DNA of 64,000 nucleotides. Origin: Felis catus. Taxonomy: Eukaryota. Both the position numbers and the translations under genes were made by a program. Under the pieces are notes generated by a model, which ran no database searches, was not told where the DNA came from, and was given only the letters and a program-made list of their open reading frames with translations. Where the stretch lies: assembly GCF_018350175.1 (NCBI RefSeq), contig NC_058368.1:144586001-144650000 (forward strand), in the 5' to 3' direction. Position 1 is the first letter of the stretch. Every line of letters starts with the position of its first letter. Shown piece after piece: positions 11,794 through 24,797 of this stretch.

Positions 11794-12329
11794 CTGGTGG
11801 TTTTAAAAATATGCCCCCCAGTTCTTTCAATACTGCTTCCTTCAAGAGGTGGAGTTTAATTTCTTCAACTTTTTATGTGGGAGCACTCAGTCACTTGCTT
11901 TTAACAAATAAAATTAAGCAGAAGTGATCATGTTTGAATTTGACACCTAAATCATCAAAAGGCACACTGACCTCTCTCTTGGTCATTCTCACTTAGATTG
12001 CTTGTTTGGGGGTGGCAGAGGTGGGGTGCAGGAAATCATCTTCCATGTCATGAGGAGAGGCCCATGAGGCTAGCAAGAAACTAGAAAGTAGGCCTCTGGC
12101 CAACAGCTGCATGAGTGGGCATGGACATAGATTTTCTAGCTCCTGTCGAGCCTTTAGATGACTTATAACCCTGGTGGTCATCTGGATGCAACCTCATGAG
12201 AAACCATGAGCCAGACTCACCCCTCTGAGCCACTTCTAAAACCTCATCCTGAGGAACCTATGTGACCATAAATGTGTTTGGAGTCTCTAAGTTATAGGGT
12301 AAGTTGTTGTGCAGCAATAGATAACTACA
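11794..12329 (+). mobile_element. MaLR LTR (MLT1F-like)
   Basis: tggtggttttaaaaatatgccccccagttcttt...aggcctctggccaacagc...gagcctttagatgac...gcagcaatagataactaca. Confidence 0.8.
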
Positions 12330-13948
12330 GGTAGTGTCATGGCCAGGTTATTCATAATCAAATTGAGTTTAAGGTGCATATTTTTATTGTGGAAAGAGAA
12401 GCATGTCTGGACTATTCCCTGTGAGACAGAGCACCCTGGGCGTATTCCCTACCAAATATTTTGAAATTGAAGAATATATCTAAAGTTAACATGTGGCTTA
12501 AATCTACTTTTCAAGATGTCTAAATAGTCTTTCTCTTCTCCCTTCACCTGTAGTGCTCTGAACTGAATAGACTGATTTTTCAACTGAGAGCTGAGAGCAG
12601 TTTGATTTTAACAACTGTTGCTTAGCAATAGGAAGGAATCTAATGGCTCTTCTGCAAACTGAAAGGAGCCTCCCTGTGTAGCTATTGTCTGTCTGTAATG
12701 CTGAATTTAAAATTGTAATTACCATTTCGAGATGAAATTGAAGCTGGCCTTTGTGACACATTACACTTACCCTAGCATCTCAGCTACCCAGGGAATTGTA
12801 CTGCTCCAGTTTAAGGCCCTTCTGCAGAAGTTCTGGTCTCTTGGAATTATGGAGCATTTTAGAAGTGTCAGACAAAGCTCTGAATCAGAAGCTAGTAAAC
12901 TCTGCACTGGTAGGTGGTTTGTATTCTCTATATACCGACTTTGTGATTCTAGGACCAAAAACTTGGCTCTTGAAATGTTGTGACTAGAAACCAGGCCAAT
13001 GATATTAGGGGAGGGGACTATGGAGGGATGGGGTTTGCAGACAAATTTTGGGGAGTAGGAGAGGGTGGGAAGTCTAGCTGCCATGTTTTTACTACCCTGC
13101 TCTGATGGAAAGGCTCTTAGAAATGTCAGCTGCTTTGAATTTTTAAACAAAAGGTCTGAATCTAGTTGTTCATCAGAGAGGTTGGTATCGAGATTCAGAA
13201 ATCTCTGCCTGGCTTAAAAATTATTCTTTCCTGCTCTTTGGATTAAATGATGCACAAGTTTATTTGATTTTATTTAATCTTCAGTTAGTTCTCTAGATCT
13301 TTGTGTGTACGCTCTGTGCCATTCCAGGTACTATGGAAAGATAAAAATGAAGTATGAGGCATTTTTTCTACTTTCTAAATACTGACGATCCAGTTGAGGA
13401 GATTAGATGAACAGGCATGAAGTAAATCTCAAATGATCAAGATGGGAATGCCAGGTAACTGATAATAATCAGTATAATTATCGGCCATGTTGTAAAACTT
13501 TGGACTTGGAAACCAAGAGAAAATGTCACAGTAGCAAAATAACAAGGCTTCAATGCATGACCCTGAAAGAGGAGGTTAATATTAGTTTCAGAGTATTTCA
13601 TACATCCTTCAAATTAGTTAGATCTCTCTGAAAATAGTTGTGTTTTTTTTTTTTAACTTGGAGACAGTTTTTTCCTCTGGATCTACAATTATTCTTTATG
13701 GGCACAGGCTCCCTGGTGTGTGTGATAGTCTTAGGAATTTAGCTGGTTTTAGATTAAGTGAAGGCAGCATCTGTCATATTTGACTAAATTAATATTGCCA
13801 CAATTTCTACACGGGCATCATAATGAGAAGTGGTGAAAGACCTACACTGAAGCAAATTGTATTTAAGTGGCTTCAAAAATCAGGTGCCATAAACTTACAG
13901 AAGACCCCAAATAGACTAGTAGAAATAGAGTAAAATAATAGTATTGTT

Positions 13949-13974
13949 GTGTGTGTGTGTGTGTGTTGTGTGTG
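13949..13974. repeat. (GT)n microsatellite, interrupted
   Basis: Seen directly in the sequence. Confidence 0.9.
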
Positions 13975-15729
13975 CATTTTAAATAAATGTAACAGATAGT
14001 TGTGGGGGCTAAATGTCTCCTTGTTCAGATGTTACTGGATCATCAGCTGTAAGGAGTCTGAGGGTAGGTATTTAAAGATAGTTTTTAGCATTTGAGTGGC
14101 AACAGTGCCTATAATCCTCCTTCTCTTCACAGAGTTTTCTTTGTCTTGCATCTAATTTTCAAGATCTTGTACACAATTCAGAACTAATTCAAAATAGTGG
14201 TAGAGCATTTGGGATAAACCTTCATCTGGCAAATAATGTTATGTCATATCCCTTGTTGCTGTGGATCGTGCATAACACAAACCACAGTCCCCTCAAGAGG
14301 CAGGCGCCCAAAAGCAAATAGTTTTAGCAAAGGCTGGTATCTGCTGCCTCCACGAATTTACCTTCCTCAGTGCAGTGGTAAAGATTTGTCAGTGATGTCC
14401 TCACTTCCTTTTTTCTATCCTAGCATTATGAGTTTAGAAAGACAGTCCTATACCTTATGATTCCAAAGCCCTTTCATAAGTAATGACATGTGTGTCCACC
14501 ACAGCAAGTCTGGGAAGGGGGAAGGCAGATACAAATTCCTCTTCTGTGTATAATGAAACAGGCTAAACAAGGTAAAATGACTTAATCATAGGCAGTTATA
14601 AATTCCGGAAATAGGACTCGAGTCCAGTTCTCTGGACTCCTGGTCCAGTGCTCATTCTATTAAACCTGGTTGCTTTTGTAAAGTATTTCAGAACCATATA
14701 CCTCTGATATTTTCAAGAGACAGTTAAACAATTGGTAGGCAGTTCACTTGTATGCAATTAATTAATTGGTTGCCAGTGATTTTTAATTTCTAACCATCTT
14801 CAAATATGAATCTCAGTTTCCTTCCCTCCCAGATTGAGTCATTTTCTGTACCTTTGGAGGTTTCAGAGACTATCTTTTATTCCTGGTGTCCTGTGTGTGT
14901 TTCATTGTTTGTGTTTAATTTCCCAGCAGGGCTAAGGACTTAGCACCAAAGCATTCCTGAGGAGAGGTACTTGGATACTGATTGGCACACAGGAAGACAT
15001 TTCGGGCAGTTTGAACATTATTTCTTTGTTTTCCGAAACATTTCTTCAGGTAAACATCAAGGCCAGTAGAATAAACCCCTGACTTCACCAACCAAATTTT
15101 ACTTATTTACTCTGTCATTTTAAAATCCACCTACCATGCACTTCCTTAAAATATATTCTGCCATTCACCTCCCCTTGATGGTGACTTAGAGATAGCCTCT
15201 CATTTTCAAAGATGGGCTGGCTTCCCTGCTGTTTTGAAATTTTTAAACAGCTGTATTGAGATATATTTCATATACCCTACGACTCACCCATTTAAAGCAT
15301 AGCTTTGGTACCACCCACCGATCCTTAGTGCACTTCCAGGCTTGGTTTTGAAAACACTCAGGCTGCCAACTGCAGAAGACAGTTCGGTCAAGATCTGTGA
15401 TGGACTCGGAGTGTCTGTTCTTCCTCTTGGCACCATGGGGTGGGTGGAGGATACAGTGAAGAAGCCCCTTGCCCTCTCAGGAGTTAATGGCTCATCCTGA
15501 GGATTTGACCTTCCGTTGTTACTTTGTTGAGGATGGGAAAGAGAGGCTGTGTGCCTTTTCTCAAGGACAGTGCTCTCTGGAAAAGTAGCCTCTGATTCTC
15601 GGTATCTGGTGCTCTGGCAGTGGAACAAGAAGTTCTTCAAGGAAAAGGGGCCAGGAGGGCCGTAAAGAGAAGGGATACCAGTTAGAACAGTGAAGAATGT
15701 GTCTCTAAGGAGTCAGTAGTGAAAAGTGT

Positions 15730-15950
15730 TCAGGAGAATGGATTTTGGTGTCACATAAACTTCTAAGTTCTGCTGATTGTCTAGCTGTATGATCTAGGGC
15801 AGCCTCTCTAAGTCTCATTGTTTTCATTTTAAAGTGAAGATAATGATTGTATCTTCCTCACAGAGTTGTCAGGAGGATTAAATGAGATGATTCATGGCAG
15901 TTCTCCCCGCCCAGAATTTGGAACCAGCTAAGTGCTCAGTGAATATTTCC
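15730..15950 (+). mobile_element. MIR
   Basis: agctgtatgatctagggcagcctctctaagtctcatt...cacagagttgtcaggaggattaaatgagatga. Confidence 0.75.
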
Positions 15951-15987
15951 GGCCGTTGCTACTAGCTGTTTTCATCCGTATGATTTA

Positions 15988-16203
15988 ATTTTTTTTAATG
16001 TTTGTTTATTTTTGAGAGGGAGAGAGAGATACAGAGACAGAGACAGAGTGGGGGAGGGGCAGAGAGAGGGAGACACAGAATCCAAAGCAGGCTCCAGGCT
16101 CTGTGCTGTCAGCACAGAGCCTGATGCGTGGCTTGAACCCACGAACTATGAGATCATGACCTGAGCTGAAGTCTGACGCCCAACTGAGCCACCCAGGCTC
16201 CCC
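15988..16203 (-). mobile_element. CanSINE
   Basis: Reverse SINE with a CpG-decayed TSD: tcatccgtatgattta / ttgtccacgtgattta. Confidence 0.93.
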
Positions 16204-18183
16204 TTGTCCACGTGATTTATAAGGTTCTTAAGAATAAGGAGTGTTGTGTTTACCATTAGATCTCCAACCCCTATCGTCATAATGGACCAGTGTTCAACTG
16301 GAATGAATGCATTCCCCTGTCGCCCACTTATTCCCTCTAATCTCTTCCTGCCTCACTTATTGCACTCGTGTGTGTGTGCATATGCACACACACATATGTG
16401 CAAACTGCACCCCCTACTGATTGTTATATGGGCAAGAATTAGTAAAATAACTGCAAAGATATCAATTGTTTGTCATCCTGTGGTCATCCCATGAAAGGAG
16501 TGTCATTTCTCGGTACAATCAAGAGAATTAGAAATAACTATGTTAAATGAATTCGTGGTATATAGTGGTATTCATTGCAATAGATTCTTGTGTATAATGA
16601 CAGGTAATTGGGGACAGAGGAGGTGAGAGTCTTGCCAGTATGTTTTTATGGTAGTAATGGTAGGACTTGCACTGGGACTGTTCTGGAAGGGGAAGGAGTC
16701 TAAGAATAATGTTAGTGTAGGCATACTTGATGGATGGTATATAGGAGATGATAAAAAAGAAAGAAGCAATGCGGATGATTCAATTGTGAGTCTAATGCCT
16801 GAAAAACGAGTTAGTAATACGATAACGATCTCAATTCACAATTAGCTAAGTGTTAGATGTCAACAAGAAATCTAAGTGGGAAGAACCAGAGAAGGGACTA
16901 GATGTACTTCCTAGATGAGCTTGTGCAGCCTCTTTCATTCACCCTTGGAGAGGCATCCCCTGAGGTTGTTTAATTACACCTTATTTCATTTTGGAAAGGG
17001 CTTGAGGCAGATCCCTGGCTATACTGTGAGTTAGAAAACATTGCCTGTATTCCACTCTGGATAGGGTGCAAGGGAGATTGAGTTTGGGGTCCATAGGGAA
17101 CTAGTATCTTAATAATACTAATTATGTTTGCTGCCTTCTATTTTGAAACTGTCACACATGCTAGTGTAAATTGTTGCCATTGTTGAAGACAGGGTCATCT
17201 GATGTGGCTTTTGCTGTCATGAATTTCAGTGGATCAAGAGACAGGTGCTCTCACTGCCTGTGTGTATAGCCTTGAATTCTGAGTTAAGTCACTGACTTGC
17301 TCAAATTTTGGACATCAGTTTCCTCATAACCAAAAAAGGAATAATTATGTCTAATTTATTGGAGATTTTGAGAATTAACTTTGTTTTCCCCTAGCATAGT
17401 GATAATCAGAAGGAAAGGTGCTGTTCCATGAATTTGTAGTGTGAGTTGCAGGATGGAAAATGGATTAAGCCCCATGTTTTGGTACCTGGGACTAATTTAT
17501 GCTTCCTGTTCATTGACACTTTCATACTGTCTAGTTGACCTATGCCCCAAAAAGATGGCTCTGTTGGATATAGAGAATGCTGAGAATGGAGAGGCAGAAG
17601 TTTGGAACACAGGAGAACATCTCTAAGATGTCTGAATGGCTTCCAGTTACTTTATTGTACCTACTGTGGTCACGCGGGATTTTCTTACACAAGAGTTCCT
17701 TGAGGCTTCCCCCTGTACTGCCCCAGCCATGCTAGTATATCACCAGTCCAGCTGCTGGGACTGACATTCCTGTGGATGTCAGTATAGGCAGTATAGGCAG
17801 TATCTTGGACCATATCCAGGGCTGGACTCAGCTATACTGGCGCTGTGATTATGCATGTGCTCCAGAATAGTTTCCAATGTGGTTTAATTCAATTTGTGAT
17901 GTTTTTAAGTCCTGATTAAATTTTATGCATAATGATTATACTTTATTTGGGTATGTTTATAGTATCAGACACACTAGGTTTTTTTCATTAGTCAGAAGGA
18001 TCTTGAGAAGCAGTGCTAACTGTGTGGAACAAAGGTATTTTTGTTCAAATTCAGATAAAAATTATAGGTACTAAACTCAGCCTTTGGACAATTATTGCTA
18101 ATAATATGAGGCTGTTGCCAGTCACCTCAATACTCTTCTTGTCACCTTACGAAATGATGTAACATATCTAAATGGAAAAAAGG

Positions 18184-18417
18184 GGGGCGCCTGGGTGGTG
18201 CAGTCGGTTAAGCATCCGACTTCAGCCAGGTCATGATCTCGCGGTCCGGGAGTTCGAGCCCCGCGTCAGGCTCTGGGCTTATGGCTCAGAGCCTGGAGCC
18301 TGTTTCCGATTCTGTGTCTCCCTCTCTCTCTGCCCTTCCCCCGTTTATGCTCTGTCTCTCTCTGTCCCAAAAATAAATAAACGTTGAAAAAAAAATTTTT
18401 TTAAGAAAAAAAAAAAT
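18184..18417 (+). mobile_element. Young SINEC_Fc
   Basis: ggggcgcctgggtggtgcagtcggttaagc...tctgtcccaaaaataaataaacgttg. Imperfect TSD taaatggaa(a/g)aa. Confidence 0.96.
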
Positions 18418-19133
18418 AAATGGAAGAAGGGCATCCAAAGTTAGGTTATCTTTTTTTTTTTTCAATGTAGTTAGGTTTTTAGGGGGTGTATGACTCTCTT
18501 TCCACTACAAAGCTATCAAATTCAGAAACTGGGTGACTTTATCTACTTCAGATAAAGGTTCTGTGGTGTAAGATTTGCTAAAAATTTACATGCTTAAAAA
18601 AACATGAGAATGGTGGTATGAAGAGGTTGGTAGATTCTCTGCCCAAAAAGCAAGGATAAAATTGGACATAATTATCAAAACCATTATTTTATGGACTCCT
18701 AAAATCAACCACAGCCGTACAAAAAACTGGGATGCTTTTATTAAAGGAAAACTACCGAACCACAGGTAAGAACAGTGGAAGTTTATGGCAATTCAGCCTG
18801 GGGATGCTCTAATTCCATCCTTCCCATTTCCTTTGGTATGGGGCAAGCTATGAAAACCAGCAGCTTTATTGTTGGAAGGTGATGACCTGATTTGGAACAT
18901 AGGAGACTGTGGAAAAAATCCTTGATGTTGGGTGTTGTCAGAAATATTAGCTATCTCAGTGGCAAACAAACAGGGAACACCAACATTGTAGGTAGCCTGA
19001 AGTTGAGATCCTGGTTGAGGGCATGAAAGTCAAAAAACAAAAAAAAAATGGAATCGGAATGTAAATGGTATATTATAAAAGATTTATTTAACACAAAAGG
19101 ATGAATAAGGAACAAAAATAAGGCATTAGACAT

Positions 19134-19552
19134 TGTGGTAGGAAGAATAATGGCTTCCAAACATGTCCACACCTTAGTTAATGTAATCTGTGAGTATGTT
19201 ATTTTACATGGAAAAGGAAATTAAGATTGAAGTTGGAACTAAGGTTGCTAACCAGAAAGATTATCCTGAATTATTCGGGTAGGCCCAATATAATGAGAAG
19301 CATCTGTAAAAGTGGAAGAGGGAGGCTAAAGAGTCAGTGTCAGAGTGATCAGAGCAAAGAAAACCTCAGGCAGCCATAGCTGGCTTTGAAGATGTGAGAG
19401 GGCCGCGAGTCAAGGAGCACAGGCAGACTCTAAAAGCAAGAAAAGTCCAGAAAATTCATTCTTCTTTAGAATTGCCAGAAAGGAATGCAATTTTGCCAAT
19501 ACCGTGCTTTTTTTAAAAATGTTTATTTATTTTGAGAGAGAGAGAGAGAGAG

Positions 19553-19593
<41 letters not shown>

Positions 19594-19838
19594 TCAGGGG
19601 ACGGGGGGAGAGGGAAACCAAAGCAGGCTCCACATTGTTAGTGCAGAGCCTGATGTGGGGCTTGGGTCCACGAACCATGAGATCATGACCAGAGCTGAAA
19701 TCAAGAGTCACCCAGGTTCTCCAATAACACTTTGCTTTTTGACCAGTGAGATCCATGTCAGAACTAGGATAATTAATTTATGTGGTTTTAAGCCTCTAAA
19801 TTGGTAACTTGTTACAGCAGCAACAAAACGCTAATACA
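19134..19838 (+). mobile_element. MaLR LTR (MLT1D-like), split by a SINE
   Basis: tgtggtaggaagaataatggcttccaaacatgtccac...gctggctttgaagatg...ttgttacagcagcaacaaaacgctaataca. Confidence 0.85.
19509..19722 (-). mobile_element. CanSINE containing a (GA)n(GT)n microsatellite
   Basis: Reverse SINE inside the MLT1D LTR, with a compound repeat at about 19534-19591. Confidence 0.9.
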
Positions 19839-20067
19839 GAATAAATAAAAAACAAACAGCAAAATGGCAGATGTAAATTCAAGATCTAGCTATATGCTAT
19901 ATATGAGACATATTTTAGATTAAAAGACACAAATATGTTGAAAGTAAAAGAATGGAAAAGATATTTCATTCAGAGAGTAATTATAAGAAGCTGGAGTGGC
20001 TTGCTGTACCAGTACCAGGCAAAATAGAATGTAAGACCAAAACAATGTTACTAAAGGCAAAGGTGGG

Positions 20068-20375
20068 GGGGCACCTGGGTGACTCAGTCAGTTGAGCATC
20101 AGACTTCAGCTCAGATCATTATCTCATGGTTCATGAGTCTCAGGGTTCGTGAGTTCAGGCCCCATGTAAGTTGCAGCCTGTTTTGGATTTGGTTTCTTCC
20201 TGTATCTCTCTGCCCCTCATCCACTCCCTCTCCCTCTCCCTCTCCCTCTCCCTCTCCCTCTCCCTCTCCCTCTCCCTCTCCCTCTCCCTCTCCCTCTCCC
20301 TCTCCCTCTCCCCTCCCTCCCTCTTTCTCTCTCTCTCTCTCAAAAATAAATATTTTAAAAACTTGTAAAAAAAGA
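20068..20375 (+). mobile_element. CanSINE with expanded (CTCCCT)n
   Basis: ggggcacctgggtgactcagtcagttgagc head, with about 14 hexamer copies at 20224-20312. Confidence 0.9.
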
Positions 20376-22448
20376 AATAGAAAATCTGAACAAATCAGTA
20401 ACAGATATTGAATTAGTAATTAAAAATCTTCCCGAAAAGAAAATCCCAGACCAAATGCATTCACAAGTGATTTCTACCAAACATTTAAGGAATAAATAAC
20501 GTCAACTATTCATAAAATCTTTAGAAAATGGAGGAGGAAATCCTTTCCAACTCATTTTATAAAGCCAGGGTTAATGTGAGACCAAGACAAGACAAAGACA
20601 TATGAAGACAAAACTACAGACTATTTTCTCTCATGAATATAAATTCAGAAATTCTCAATAAGATATTAGCAAACTAAATCCAAGTATTTATGAAAAAGAT
20701 TAAATACCATGACCAAGGGGGCTTTATCCCAGAAATGCAAGATTGGTTTAACATCAGAAAGCAATTAATATAATCCATTATATAAATATAATAAAGAATA
20801 AAAATGATATGATTATCCCCATAGAAACAGATTTCATTTCATAGAATCCAATTTCATTTCATAGAATCCAATACCCATCCAAGAAATTAGAAATAAGAGT
20901 AATTCCTTAGCCTGATAAAAGGCATCTATGAAAAATCTACAGCTAACATCATACTTAATGGTGAAAGAATGAATATTTCTGGTAATCTCAAGAACAATAT
21001 CCAGATGTTCATTCTTACCACTTCTATGCAGCATTGCAGTGGTGTATCTTCAGTGCAATAAGAGAGAGAAAAAAAGATAGTATAAAGTCATCTTGATTGG
21101 AAGAAAGGAAGTAAACTGATAGATTCAACACAATTCCTTTCAAAATACCAATAGGCTTGTTTGCAGAAATTGACAAACTGATCCTGAAAAAAGTATGTAA
21201 CTTTAAATGTATATATTAGAAATCTCAGCAAGGTTTTTGTTTTTGTTTTGTTTTGTTTTTGCCAGCATTCCTATGAAAATGCAAGGAACTCAGAATAGCC
21301 AAGATATTTTGAAAAATGAGAACTAAGTTGGAAGACTTCCTGATTTCAAAACTGAATAGAAGACTACAATTAGTAAGATACTTTGGCACTGGCATAGGAT
21401 AGTTACATATATCAATGGAACAGGGGCAGGAATCTAGAAATAAATCCTGACCTGAATGGTCCAATGATTTTCTATAAAGGTACCAAAGCAATTCAATGGA
21501 GAAAGGATAGTCTTTTCAACAAATGGCGCTGGAAATAATTAGGTGGCTATAAACAAACAGATTAATCCCAAACGTAAGGGCTAAAATTATGAACTTCAAT
21601 AAAAAACAGCAGAAGTCTGAGTGCATTAATTGGACTAAGAAGTTTTAGATACAACATCAAAAGCAAGATCCACAGGTGAAGAGAAAGGATCAATTGGACT
21701 TCACTGAAAGTGAAAACTTTTGTGCTGAAAAGGATACCATCAAGAAAGTGAAAACACCCATAGAAAAAAATGGAGACACCCATAGAAAGTGAAAACACCT
21801 ATAAAAAATATTCGCAAATCATATATTTGATAAAGGACTTCTATCCAGAATATATAAAGCACTCTTACAACTCAATAATAAGACAAACAAGTAGAGTAGA
21901 AACGTGTGGAAGATTGAATAGATGTCTCCCCAAAGAAGATGAACAAATTGCTAAAAAGCACATGAAAAGATGTTCATTACTCATTAGAGGAAATACAGAC
22001 TAAAGCCACAATGAGATGTGACTTCATATCCATTACAATAGCTGTAATAAAATTCACAGAAAATAGCAAGGAGCAGTGAGAATGTGGAGAAACAGGAATC
22101 CTTATACATTGCTAGTGGGAATTTAAATAGTAGAATCACTTTGGAAAACAGCTTGCCAGTTTCTTAAAAACTTCAAAATAAGATTACCACAGGATCCAGC
22201 AATTCCATTCCTGGGTACTAGATATCTATGCAAGAGGAATGAAGCTTTATGGTCACATAAAGACTTGTAGATGAGTGTTTATAGCAGCATTATTCCCAGT
22301 AGTCCTAAATTAGAAACAATTCAGGTATCTATCAACAAGTGAATGAATAACAAAATTCAGTGAATTAATAGAATAGAATATTACTCTGCAATAAAAAGGA
22401 ATGTCTGATACATGCTAAACATGAATAAATATCAAAAATATGCTGAGT

Positions 22449-22837
22449 CAGGAGTAAGCAATTTTGGGGTTTTTTTAATGTTTATTTTTGAGAGAGCACA
22501 AGTGAGGGAGGAGCAAAGAGAGGGAGACAGAGGATCTGAAGCAGGTTCTGCACCTACTCACCAACCTCGAGATCATGATCTGAGCCAGTTGGAGGCTCAA
22601 CGGACTGAGTCACCCAGAAGCCCCATGAGTCAGCAGTTTGTTTTTTTTTTTTTTTTTTAAGGGTTAGATAGTAAATATTTTAGGCTTGCGGACCACATGG
22701 TCTCGTTTGCCACTTCCTAACTCTACCTTTATGGTTCTAAAGCAGCAAGGGATGATATGCAAATGAATAATGGATGTGACTGTGTTCCAATAAAACTTTA
22801 TTTACAAAATAGGCAGCAGATAGTGTGCTAACTTGTG
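22449..22837 (+). mobile_element. MER58A-like hAT-Charlie element, split by a SINE
   Basis: agatagtaaatattttaggcttgcggaccac...tgtgttccaataaaactttatttacaaaa. 8-bp TSD tgctgagt (22441-22448) / tgctgatt (22838-22845). Confidence 0.85.
22466..22624 (-). mobile_element. CanSINE (diverged)
   Basis: Reverse SINE inside MER58A, with degenerate TSD gagt(a/c)agca(a/g)ttt. Confidence 0.85.
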
Positions 22838-23003
22838 TGCTGATTGAAAGAAGCCAGATGCAAAAGACCACACATAGCAGGATTCCATTTATATGAAATT
22901 TCCAGAAAAAGTACATCTATAAATCTATAAAAAGTAAAGTTAAGGAAGCAGATTCCCAGTCCTGGCTGAGGGGTGGGGGGGTGGTTGGGAACAGGATTGA
23001 CTG

Positions 23004-23503
23004 TGTAGGAGTGCTGACAAGACTGACTCCATCTTTTGGCCATCCATCTTGCTCATGTATGCTCCATAATCTGGGTCCCTTGGAGATTAATATACATACC
23101 TTAGAAATGCCCACCAAGGCTGGAATGTGGAGAGGCTTGCTTTGAACTTCCGCAAATTTCTTAAAGGTAACATAACACAGTTTCTCCCATTCTTAATGTA
23201 CAAATGGCACCACAAGACTGATTAAAGTTTAGCTGTCAATTAGGTGTACGTGAACACTTTGATTCTCACTACAGTGCCCTTCTGTGCATCCTCTCACTCT
23301 GAAAAATCTAGACTAAGGTCTGGACTTTGAGGAGAATAACTGTGCAGCCGTGAATTATCTCATCTGCCCAGTCCTCTCTGTCAGGAAGTTACCCTGGTAA
23401 AACTCTGTGTGTAAACTATATGGAATTGCATGCTTTGTTTTTTGGTCTCAAAGTGCCTTCTCAGTTTGGAGGATACTTTACAGTCCTCATCCACCTTCTA
23501 ACA
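23004..23503 (+). mobile_element. Solo ERV LTR (~500 bp), family not assigned
   Basis: TG...CA termini (tgtaggagtgctgacaagactgactccatctt...ccaccttctaaca). Interrupts the L1 3' UTR, which resumes on the far side. Degenerate TSD gactg/gatgg. Confidence 0.75.
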
Positions 23504-24646
23504 GATGGCAAATTGGCACCAGGGGTGATGGAAATGTTCTATAGTTGGATTGTGATTAGGGTTGCACAACCCTCTTAAGTTTACTAAATATCAGCTAATT
23601 ATACACTTAAACTTGATAAACTTCATGGCATGTAAATTATGTCTGAAAAACCCATTAAAATAATATGCCCTTTCATTTATCCGTGTTTTAGTGACCTAGC
23701 CATTATATCCATTACTGTTATCTTCAGTGAAAAGCTTATTAGTGACTCTAGTGGTCAGGCTTAGAGCAGTGCTTGGGGAGTTCTACAAGTGCCTTGGAAC
23801 TTTGAACTCTTCCCTCTAGAGCAAAAGTTGATACGAGTTAAGTGGGTTCTTTTGAACTCTCTCCCAGGGATCTTATTATAAGGAAAACCCTAGTTAGAAC
23901 TCTGAAAGAAGATTTATGACTTCATCAATGCTGCAGTTCCCTGAACCAAAAGTCAGGGGCTGTGGTTTTGGAGATGGATAAGAAAGGAGCTTTTAATTGT
24001 ATGTATTTTATTCCTGCCTTCTTTTAAAATTCTTACAATAGCTAACTTAGAACAGAGTAGGTTAATTCATCTGATGCTTAAGGAATTTTCCATGTGTTTT
24101 GGTAATTATTTTATGCTAAAAAGAGAGCATTTACATGTGCCAGTTGTCTACTGTGATCATTGCATTCCCATCATGTGATCGGAGTTTCAGATGGGTCAAG
24201 GATTCAATTCACCATTCAATTCACCATTGGTAATTGCATAATTTCTTCCTGCATCTTACCAAAAGAGTAAGTTCATAAATTGTGGAACCATTGACATTTC
24301 TCATACATAGGCGAGTTCTCATAGAGCTGAAAATTATCTTGCTGGTGACAGAATTGGTCATACTGAAAAAAACAGAGCCACGTGATGGCTGGAGCAATAG
24401 TCTGCTGATTGGGTTTTATTCCTTCATCAGAGAGTATTTCTGAGATGTGATCTTGAAAGAAAACAGCCTTTTCTCTGGGCTGATGGTGTGGAATAAGCTC
24501 TAATAAATGACCTCACTGTATGATTGAGATTCTGTTAAGTCCTTGCCCTTAGACCTGAGTATATGAGCCAGTTCTTAGAATCTTCAGGAGCCAGAGGTGA
24601 AAATGTATCTTCTTAAGAGGATGCTCTAGGTATTAGTCATAGAGCT

Positions 24647-24797
24647 TTTTTTTTTTTTTTAAGTTTATTTATTTGTTTTGAGAGAGGGAGAGAGAGAAAA
24701 AAAAGGTGAGCAGGGCAGGAGCTGGATCCCACGAGATCACGACTTGAGCCGAAATCAAGAGTTGGACGCTCAACCAACTGAGCTACCCAGGTGCCCC
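24647..24797 (-). mobile_element. CanSINE with internal deletion
   Basis: Head and tail present, middle missing. TSD agagct. Confidence 0.88.

Larger units (their letters stand above)
18607..23654 (+). mobile_element. Ancient L1 (L1MC/MD/ME-like): 5' region, ORF2 pieces and 3' end, internally deleted, with nested elements
   Basis: ORF2-like segments at 19840-22440 (e.g. RLNRCLPKEDEQIAKKHMKRCS in ORF 21770-22003). 3' end ...ggggtgatggaaatgttctatagttggattgtg...gcatgtaaattat. Possible TSD ttaaaaaaacatg (18594-18606) / ttaaaataatatg (23655-23667). Confidence 0.8.

Noticed and set aside
13730..14110. Possible CR1/L3 remnant
   Set aside because: The similarity is too weak to call by eye.
20079..20411. 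ORFs with SPSPSP, RERERE and SLSLSL runs
   Set aside because: These are translations of the (CTCCCT)n repeat in a SINE.
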